From: an uncultured Gemmatimonadota bacterium
GTDB taxonomy: Bacteria; Gemmatimonadota; Gemmatimonadetes; Palauibacterales; Palauibacteraceae
Direction: 5' to 3'
Length of the DNA stretch: 64,000 nt
Assembly (NCBI GenBank): GCA_964602635.1
Contig: CAZRRU010000131.1
Coordinates: 37,320 to 101,319, forward strand
The position numbers were made by a program, and so were the translations under genes. Below are positions 37,392 through 44,089 of the stretch, one piece after another. The notes under the pieces are model-generated. The model was not told the origin of the DNA. It searched no databases and was given only the letters and a program-made list of their open reading frames with translations. Position 1 is the stretch's first letter, and every line of letters begins with the position of its first letter.

Positions 37392-39179
37392 ATGGACGAG
37401 AAGGAGAAGATGAGCGCACGAAAACGCGAAGCCAGAGCGGCCGCCTTCCAGTCCGACGCGGAGTCGCAGGATGTGACGGCCGGGAGCGATGGGGAGGGGC
37501 AGCCGACATGGTTGGACCGAGTGAGGGATATCGCCGCGCCGGAGCCTGACGAGCCGCTATGGACGCCGGAGCCCGTTGGCCCCTCCGAGCCCATGTGGGA
37601 TGCCACTGACACGGTCGAACCAGCTCCCCCGGAAGCCTCCACGCTCGAAGTCTCGCCGCCCGAGCCGTCGGTTCCCGATCCTGGAGCGATTCCGGAGACT
37701 GCCGAGGCTGCGCTCGAGGAAAACGTCGGGCTGAGCGTGCGCCGCCTGCGCAAGGCCGCCATCGAGATGGCGGGCCGCGACGCCGAGGCAAGTCTCCCGG
37801 ACCCCGGGGCCGAAGGCAGGGCCGAGTCGGAGGAGGAGCTGCGCGATCGCGCCGTTTCGTTGTTCCTCAACTGGCGGGCCAGGGAGCGCTCGCGCCTCAA
37901 CTCGGTGGTCGGGGAGATGGAGGGACGGATCACGAGGATCCTGGCCGGCATTTCGCTGGACAACGATCGTTTCGGACGCGTCACGAGCGAGCTGTTCCGC
38001 CTGCAAAGGCGATGGGACATGAACCGCAGTGTCGTGGAGAACACGCTGGAGGAGGAAACCGAGGAGCAGGATGACCAGCCGGCCACCCGCCAGTTCAAGA
38101 CGCACTGGTATGCGCTCGCCATCGGCTTCCTCGGCATCGTGGAATTCCTCGCCAACGCGCCTGTGTTCGGTGCGCTTCTTCCCCGCGATCCGCTGACCGA
38201 GCAGCAGTTGCGCTACGTCGCGGAGACGAGTGAGGGGTGGCTCGCCGGGGGCCTGCGGGTGGCGTCTCAGTTCATCCTCAGGCCGGACGCCGCCCTTCTG
38301 GCGGCTGGTGTGGTCACGTTCCTGTGCGTCCTCGCGCATTTCTTCGGCCACTCGCTTCGGTCACTGATGATGCACCAGTCCAGCCGCCGCACGGGCGAGA
38401 CGCTGGGTAAGCGCTCGGCGGGCGAGTTCGTGGTGCCGATGATCCTGTCGGGGATCGGCCTGACGCTGGTGATCGGTGTCCTTTTCGAGGCGCGCGTCAC
38501 CCTGGGTGAGGTCGCCGAGGATCGGTTCGCACAGGACAGCGCGAAGATCGAGGAGCTGCGACGCACGGCGAGCTGGCTCCGGGTGGACGGCAACCTCGTT
38601 GCCGCGAACGAGCAGGCAAACCGGGCCGACGACCTGGAAGCGCTCGCCAAGGAGCAGCGGGAGTACGCGGCATCGATGAGTGGGCTGAGCTTCCCGATCC
38701 TGCTGCTCAACACGACGCTCATCCTCGTCGCGATATCGGCTGCCTACTTCCATATGCGCGACAGGCGGCGAGATCGGTTCAACGACACGCCATTCGAGCG
38801 CCAGCGGCGCGAGCTGGTGGACCTCGGCGATTCGATTCAGCAGCGCGTGGCGGATGCCATGGGAGACGCGGTGCTTACCATCCGCGGCCTGACCAGCTTA
38901 CTTTCCGAAACACCTCTGCGGGAGGCGCCCGCGCTGGCCAGCCAGCTCGAGGCGACGGTCGTAGCGTACCGGGCGGAGAACGGGCGGTTGCGAGGTCTGG
39001 ACACCAGGGAGATACAGGCGTTCGCCGAGCCCGTCGAGCTGCAGCTCGAAGTGCAGGAGCGGGACATGCGTGACTTGCTGATGCGCGACCCGGAGAGCTA
39101 CGAGAGCGAGCGCCGTGGCCTGCAGGAGACCTTCGAGAAGACTCGGGCCAAGTTCACGGAAGAGGCTACGGCATGGTGA
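37392..39179 (+). CDS. Orphan 595-aa membrane protein: acidic/Pro-rich N-region, 3 TM helices, charged helical segment, fourth TM, long charged helical tail
   Basis: G/C-rich third positions along the whole frame. TM helices: WYALAIGFLGIVEFLANAPVFGALL, ALLAAGVVTFLCVLAHFFGHSL, FVVPMILSGIGLTLVIGVLFEA, LSFPILLLNTTLILVAISAAYFHM. No catalytic motif recognised. Confidence 0.7.
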   Translation: MDEKEKMSARKREARAAAFQSDAESQDVTAGSDGEGQPTWLDRVRDIAAPEPDEPLWTPEPVGPSEPMWDATDTVEPAPPEASTLEVSPPEPSVPDPGAIPETAEAALEENVGLSVRRLRKAAIEMAGRDAEASLPDPGAEGRAESEEELRDRAVSLFLNWRARERSRLNSVVGEMEGRITRILAGISLDNDRFGRVTSELFRLQRRWDMNRSVVENTLEEETEEQDDQPATRQFKTHWYALAIGFLGIVEFLANAPVFGALLPRDPLTEQQLRYVAETSEGWLAGGLRVASQFILRPDAALLAAGVVTFLCVLAHFFGHSLRSLMMHQSSRRTGETLGKRSAGEFVVPMILSGIGLTLVIGVLFEARVTLGEVAEDRFAQDSAKIEELRRTASWLRVDGNLVAANEQANRADDLEALAKEQREYAASMSGLSFPILLLNTTLILVAISAAYFHMRDRRRDRFNDTPFERQRRELVDLGDSIQQRVADAMGDAVLTIRGLTSLLSETPLREAPALASQLEATVVAYRAENGRLRGLDTREIQAFAEPVELQLEVQERDMRDLLMRDPESYESERRGLQETFEKTRAKFTEEATAW

Positions 39180-39955
39180 TCCGAAAGTCCTGGGTGCTGG
39201 CCTCCCTGCTCGGCGCGATGGCGCTAGCGGGCTGCGGCACACAGGAGGGCGCTGCGTCGGGTGGCGAGGGCGAAGGTGGAGTGGTCAAGCGATCGACGCC
39301 GCAGCTGGTGGTATTCGTCTACGATCGCTCGACCAGTATCTCGCACCATCAGCTCGATCTTGCACGCCAGCTCACGAACGACAGGATCCGCAAGCTGGAT
39401 CACGGTGACCGGATCGCCGCTCACCAGCTGCTTCAGCTCTCTCTCGAAGAGCCGCCGCAGCGTTGGTCCGAGACCGTCCCGCAACGACAGTTCACCGAGC
39501 AGGCCATGATGCGGGACTCGGTGACCCGAGCTCGATTCCTCCGGGACGCCCAGGACTACCTCGTCGCGTTTACCGACACCACGAGTCGAGACAACATCGA
39601 CGGTACGGACATCCTGTCGACGCTGCACGATGTGAGCGCCGACCTCCAGGCCGCACCTGGGCGCGAGGCCACGCTGTACATCTTCTCGGACATGCTTCAG
39701 TCGAACCGAAGCATCGACATGGAGGGACTGCGGAAGATGCCTCCGTCCGGCTGGATCGAACGCGAAAAGGCCAACGAAACGCTTCCCGATCTTTCAGGCC
39801 TGTGCGTATACGTGATCGGGGCCCGGGTGGACACGCGCGAGAGCCAGCGCGTGAAGGATTTCTGGCAGGAGTATTTCGAGGCGACGGGCGCCGCTTTCGA
39901 GTCGCGCAACTACACGCTGCGTCCGGTGGAGCTCCCCGAGCACCCCTGTACCTGA
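39173..39955 (+). CDS. vWA-like (MIDAS-type) lipoprotein, hypothetical
   Basis: Lipobox LLGAMALAG|C. Beta-alpha alternation with VVFVYDRSTSIS (D-x-S-x-S), DGTDILSTL (Thr) and LYIFSDMLQS (Asp), in vWA MIDAS order. The ATG overlaps the upstream stop by 7 nt (ATGGTGA). Confidence 0.55.
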   Translation: MVIRKSWVLASLLGAMALAGCGTQEGAASGGEGEGGVVKRSTPQLVVFVYDRSTSISHHQLDLARQLTNDRIRKLDHGDRIAAHQLLQLSLEEPPQRWSETVPQRQFTEQAMMRDSVTRARFLRDAQDYLVAFTDTTSRDNIDGTDILSTLHDVSADLQAAPGREATLYIFSDMLQSNRSIDMEGLRKMPPSGWIEREKANETLPDLSGLCVYVIGARVDTRESQRVKDFWQEYFEATGAAFESRNYTLRPVELPEHPCT

Positions 39956-39971
39956 GACGTACGCGAGCGCC

Positions 39972-40343
39972 TCAGAACGGCTTGGTCCGGGCGAGCCAGG
40001 CGCCGATCACACCTAGAATCGGCGCCGCGATCCACACCAGGCGGCTCAGGTCGGGCCTCACCGTCGGCACCGCCAGCAAAGCCCCTACGGCCATCCAGAT
40101 CCCCAACTTGGCCCACGTCCATCCTGGCATACCGGCGCCCATCGTTCCGGACGCTCCCAACCACCCGAACCCACCGAGCAGGATGAGGAACAATCCGACA
40201 CCATAGGTGACGGTGGTCAGCCGCCGAGCCCCATTCGAGTCTTTTGTTCCCCCGTTGATGCCGTGCAGCGCCAGCCCGCCAAGCGACATGAAGACCATGA
40301 GGATTCCGGCAACGTGCACGAGCTTGTATGTGTCGGGTGACAT
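39972..40343 (-). CDS. Small four-TM membrane protein, hypothetical
   Basis: Four hydrophobic helices (LVHVAGILMVFMSLGGLAL; TTVTYGVGLFLILLGGFGWL; KLGIWMAVGALLAV; LVWIAAPILGVIGAWL). Confidence 0.6.
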   Translation of the reverse strand: MSPDTYKLVHVAGILMVFMSLGGLALHGINGGTKDSNGARRLTTVTYGVGLFLILLGGFGWLGASGTMGAGMPGWTWAKLGIWMAVGALLAVPTVRPDLSRLVWIAAPILGVIGAWLARTKPF

Positions 40344-40494
40344 CCAGACTGCTCCTCTCTCGGGTTCGGGACGGGTCCGACCGTGGGCGCCCCTGCGGCG
40401 CCGGCCGGTTCCGGGCTACCTTAGACGGATTCGCCGCCCGGGGGAAGAGGATGGCGCGGCGAGCGGTATGCCATTGAACAGGAGATGTCGCCGA

Positions 40495-40956
40495 ATGAGT
40501 GATCCAATCTATCTGGCTCGTTCGACCGTGCGGAAGATCGAGGGTGTCCACCGTGAGGCGGAGATCGCCGCTGGGGTCCGATTCGAGATGGGGGTGCACG
40601 GGGCCATCAAGGAACACTACCGGCTGGAGGGGAAGAACCTGCCCCTTCCCGTGGACTACATCGTGGCCGCGACCGGGGGGTGAATGCTGGGCACACTCAA
40701 CGGCGCACTGGAGGTGCGCGGGATCATCCTGGCGCCCGGGGACATCGTGGCCGAGGTGGAGGGCGTGAACGAGATGGTGGAGGGACTACCCGTACTCACC
40801 CGGATCGTCGTGCGCTACCGGCTCAGAGTCCCGGCTGCTGTCAGAGACAAGGTAGATCGGGCGCTCGAGCGCCACGCGTCGAAGTGTCCGTCGGCCGCCA
40901 GTCTGAGGGGCTCGGTATCGGTGGATTGGGAGGCCGAGGTCGAAGAAAGGACCTGA
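40495..40956 (+). CDS. OsmC/YhfA-like thiol peroxidase family protein with an in-frame TGA (40681-40683) at the first catalytic Cys position: candidate selenoprotein (alternatively a pseudogene)
   Basis: Joined translation: ...LPVDYIVAATGG-U-MLGTLNGALEVRG...RALERHASKCPSAASL. This matches the OsmC family AAGGC and K(Y)CP/S motifs (compare E. coli YhfA, LMAAGGCSAIDV...AEKYCSVALML, from memory). AGGAG lies 10 nt upstream of the ATG at 40495. The two ORF-track pieces (40207-40683 and 40684-40956) are in the same frame. Confidence 0.6.
40703..40719 (+). promoter_or_regulatory. Candidate bacterial SECIS-like hairpin downstream of the in-frame TGA
   Basis: GCGCAC-UGGAG-GUGCGC: a 6-bp GC-rich stem and a 5-nt loop with GG. 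The stem starts 20 nt after the UGA and the loop G lies about 27 nt downstream, within the spacing usual for bSECIS elements. Confidence 0.35.
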
Positions 40957-41006
40957 CGGCCCTCGCGTCCTCTCCGCAAAACTCACCCATTGCTGCAAGG
41001 TGTGTC

Positions 41007-41030
41007 GGAAGCGCGCTTCGCCGCGCTTCC
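41007..41030 (+). terminator. Perfect 9-bp hairpin downstream of the OsmC-like gene (possible terminator, no U-tract)
   Basis: GGAAGCGCG-CTTCGC-CGCGCTTCC, 50 nt after the stop at 40956. The following sequence is not T-rich. Confidence 0.3.
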
Positions 41031-41178
41031 ACGCGCCGCACTTCTATCTCCATGAATTGCCGGTAGTTGCGGGCTGTCGCGCACTCGGGGCCGCGAACCT
41101 GCGAGAATGCGGGCCTTGGCGGGCCAACCGACCAACGGGACGAGTTGTCCCATTTCTCGGGCCCGCAAGGGAGGATCC

Positions 41179-41475
41179 ATGCGAAGGAACCGCCATCTGG
41201 TCAGCCGCGGCCTGATGTATCTGGGCCTGGCGGCTGTAGTGTTCACGGGTCTCGAGCTGGGGATCCGCATGGCGGCCGATGCGGCTGGTGTGTGGGGCAT
41301 CGTGGCCGCATCCGTCCTGTTCCCTGCTACCATCGCCGCGGCGCCTCTATTCGCGCTCGCCGTCGGTCACTGGATTCCCGCACTGATCGTGTACGGAGGT
41401 GCCTTCGCAGCCGGTGCCCTGTACGCCAGAGATGAGCGTGACGGGCCGGCTCGCGGATCCTCCGTTACATCTTGA
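41179..41475 (+). CDS. Small three-TM membrane protein, hypothetical
   Basis: ATG at 41179 after GGGAGG. Helices: GLMYLGLAAVVFTGLELGI, VWGIVAASVLFPATIAAAPLFALAV, IPALIVYGGAFAAGALY. Confidence 0.5.
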   Translation: MRRNRHLVSRGLMYLGLAAVVFTGLELGIRMAADAAGVWGIVAASVLFPATIAAAPLFALAVGHWIPALIVYGGAFAAGALYARDERDGPARGSSVTS

Positions 41476-41989
41476 TGTCGACCAGCTCGAACTCGTAGAC
41501 CAACGTCGCGTTCGGCGGAATAGCCCCGGGCACGCCGCGGGACCCGTAGCCGAGGTTGGGCGGGACTACGAGCCGACGCTTGCCCCCGATCCGCATGCCG
41601 GTGACCCCTTCCTCCCATCCGGCGATCACGTCGCGTCTGGCCCCGAGCTGGAAGCTGCGGGCTTCTCCCGCATCGCTCGTGCTGTCGAACTGCTCTCCGT
41701 TGGGAAGCCAACCCGTGTAGTGCACGACCACCACGTGTCCTGAACGCGCGGAGAGACCCCTCCCCTCGACCAGGTCTTCGATGTACAGGCCGGATGGCGT
41801 CTGGTGCATGGCTGCGAGGTCGATTCCCAGCACTTCGGCGAACTCCGAGGGGACCGTGGACTCCACATGCTCGGTCGCGCCCTCGACCGGCCGCTCCGTC
41901 TTGCCCCGATCGCGTACGTCACAGCCCCATACGAGGGCCAGGGCGAGCAGCGGAGCTCCTCGCCTCAGAAGCGCCCTCAACGGTCGCAT
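41465..41989 (-). CDS. FKBP-type peptidyl-prolyl cis-trans isomerase (secreted/lipoprotein-like)
   Basis: VVVHYTGWLPNGEQFDSTSD, FQLGARRDVIAGWEEGVTGMRIGGKRRLVVPPNLGYG, ATLVYEFELVDI. Signal sequence with LALVWGC. Start set at 41989 to clear the ferritin gene. Confidence 0.9.
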   Translation of the reverse strand: MRPLRALLRRGAPLLALALVWGCDVRDRGKTERPVEGATEHVESTVPSEFAEVLGIDLAAMHQTPSGLYIEDLVEGRGLSARSGHVVVVHYTGWLPNGEQFDSTSDAGEARSFQLGARRDVIAGWEEGVTGMRIGGKRRLVVPPNLGYGSRGVPGAIPPNATLVYEFELVDIKM

Positions 41990-42011
41990 TCCGAACCGGC
42001 TGGCGAGCCTG

Positions 42012-42515
42012 CTACTCATCGGCCGCCGGGCTCCGAGCGCCGAGGTCGCGGTCCAGCATGAACAGCGCCGCGCCATCGGCTCCGAACATCTTCATGCGCT
42101 GGATGATCTCGTCGATGCTCGCCTCCTCCTCGACCTGCTCGGTGATGAACCACTGCAGCATGACCTGGGCGGGGCGGTCCTGCTCCTCGTGCGCGAGGTC
42201 GAACAACTCGTTGATGCGCGACGTGACGAAGCGCTCGTGCTCCAGCGACTGCTCCATGATCTCCAGCGGCGACCCGAACTCGAAGGGCGGCTTGTCGATC
42301 CCATGTAGCTCGACGCGTCCGCCCCGCTCGATGAGGAAGTCGTAGAATCGCATGCCGTGCTCGACCTCTTCCTGGGCCTGCATCCGCAACCAGTTGGCGA
42401 AACCAGTGAGGTTCCTGTCGGAGCAGTCAGCCGACATCGCGAGGTACATGTAGGCGGAGTACAGCTCGAACTTGATCTGCTCGTTGATGGCATCCTGGAG
42501 CTTCTGGCTAATCAT
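42012..42515 (-). CDS. Ferritin (non-haem, Ftn-type)
   Basis: MISQKLQDAINEQIKFELYSAYMYLAMS, QAQEEVEHGMRFYDFL, LEHERFVT (ferroxidase-centre ligands). Confidence 0.92.
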   Translation of the reverse strand: MISQKLQDAINEQIKFELYSAYMYLAMSADCSDRNLTGFANWLRMQAQEEVEHGMRFYDFLIERGGRVELHGIDKPPFEFGSPLEIMEQSLEHERFVTSRINELFDLAHEEQDRPAQVMLQWFITEQVEEEASIDEIIQRMKMFGADGAALFMLDRDLGARSPAADE

Positions 42516-42631
42516 CTCTCGTACCGTGATTCGCTTGGGTGAACTGAACGATGTACGGCGCCGTTGCCGCACGCTCCACAACCTGTCCGCTGTTCGGCGG
42601 GCCGGCAACCGGGGGGACGCCTAGCGCGCGG

Positions 42632-43999
42632 TCAGCCACCGATCCATACCGTCTTGACGTTGAGGAACTCGCGCAATCCGTAGATCCCAAGCTCCCGACC
42701 GTAGCCCGATCGCTTGATGCCACCGAACGGGAGTCTCGGATCGGACGCCACCATTCCGTTGACGAACACCGATCCTGCCTGAAGTCCTTCGATGAACCGG
42801 CCGGCGATCCCCACGTCCCCGGTCCACACGGCCGCGCCGAGGCCGAAATCGGTTGCGTTGGCAAGATCGAGCGCCTCGTCCACGCTGCCTACCCTGAATA
42901 CCGGGGCGACGGGGCCGAACAGCTCCTCGACACCGGCCGGGCACTCCCGCGGGACCTCCGTCAGGACCGTTGGAGGATAGAAGAAGCCGGTCTCCGGCGG
43001 CATCACTCCTCCGGTGCGGAGGCGAGCGCCGGCCGTCACGGAGCGTTCGACCTGTCCGTGCAGCTCCGCGCGAATCGCCTCCGTCGCGAGCGGGCCGACA
43101 TCCGTATCGGGTTCCATCGGGTCGCCCACGCGCAGGCTCTCCATGTGTTGGATGAACAGGCCCTCGAATTCAGCGGCGCAATCCTCGGCTACGATGAACC
43201 GCTTGGCCGCGATGCAGGATTGCCCGTTGTTGATGACTCGTGCCTGCACTCCGGTCCGCGCGGCCGCCTCGATGTCGGCGTCGCCGAGAACGATGAAGGG
43301 GTCGCTTCCTCCGAGCTCGAGGACGGACTTCTTGAGATGCTGCCCCGCCGCCCGCGCCACGGCCCGGCCAGCCGGTTCGCTTCCGGTGAGCGTGACCGCC
43401 GCGATCCGGGGATCCGCGACCAGAGCCTCGGCCCGCACTGCCGGAATCAGGAGTGATTGGAAGGCGCCGGCCGGGAATCCGGCTTCCAGGAACACCGACT
43501 CGATGGCGAGCGCGCATCCCGGCACGTTCGACGCGTGTTTCAGAAGACCCACGTTTCCGGCGACCAGGGCAGGAGCTGCGAACCGGAATACCTGCCACAA
43601 CGGGAAATTCCACGGCATGACGGCCAGTACCACGCCGAGAGGCTCGAAGCGTACCCGGCTCTCTCGTGCTCCCGATGCGACGATCTCGTCCGCCAGGAAC
43701 GCGGCTCCGTTCTCGGCGTAGTAGCGGCACACCCATTCGCACTTGTCGACTTCGGCGAGGGCTGAAGTCAGGGTCTTTCCCATCTCCGTGGTCATCAAGC
43801 GACCGAGCTCCTCCCGCCGGGCCCGCAAGCGGTCAGCCGCCGCCGCCAGCCACTCCGCCCGGCGCTCGACCGACAGCGCGGCGAACCCCGGCTGAATCTC
43901 GGTCGCTCGGTCCAGGAGGGCTTCGAGCTCCGCCTCGCTGGGCATGTCATATTCCCGCAGCACTTGCCCCGTGGCCGGGTTCACGCTCTTCATGGACAT
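42632..43999 (-). CDS. NAD(P)-dependent aldehyde dehydrogenase (succinate-semialdehyde dehydrogenase-like)
   Basis: MSMKSVNPATGQVL, PWNFPLWQV, LELGGSDP, NNGQSCIAAKR (catalytic Cys), EELFGPV. Start set at the internal ATG at 43999. Confidence 0.92.
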   Translation of the reverse strand: MSMKSVNPATGQVLREYDMPSEAELEALLDRATEIQPGFAALSVERRAEWLAAAADRLRARREELGRLMTTEMGKTLTSALAEVDKCEWVCRYYAENGAAFLADEIVASGARESRVRFEPLGVVLAVMPWNFPLWQVFRFAAPALVAGNVGLLKHASNVPGCALAIESVFLEAGFPAGAFQSLLIPAVRAEALVADPRIAAVTLTGSEPAGRAVARAAGQHLKKSVLELGGSDPFIVLGDADIEAAARTGVQARVINNGQSCIAAKRFIVAEDCAAEFEGLFIQHMESLRVGDPMEPDTDVGPLATEAIRAELHGQVERSVTAGARLRTGGVMPPETGFFYPPTVLTEVPRECPAGVEELFGPVAPVFRVGSVDEALDLANATDFGLGAAVWTGDVGIAGRFIEGLQAGSVFVNGMVASDPRLPFGGIKRSGYGRELGIYGLREFLNVKTVWIGG

Positions 44000-44089
44000 G
44001 TCGGTCCTGGTCCCGGTGGATATGAAACCGGCCGCCGGCGGGCGCCGTAAGAACCGCCAGAAGATAACCACGAACCAGCCGGAGAGCCC

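Noticed and set aside
37112-38155. 347-aa minus-strand ORF opposite the 5' half of the orphan 595-aa gene, considered as the real gene
   Set aside because: It is Ser/Arg/Pro-rich with no structure. The plus frame has G/C-rich third positions, four clean TM helices, a Shine-Dalgarno and coupling to the next gene.
40207-40494. 5' extension of the OsmC-like N-terminal fragment (the track gives a 158-aa ORF from 40207)
   Set aside because: The extension is Arg/Pro-rich, overlaps the divergent 4-TM gene region and lacks a ribosome-binding site. The ATG at 40495 has AGGAG upstream and gives a normal OsmC-family length.
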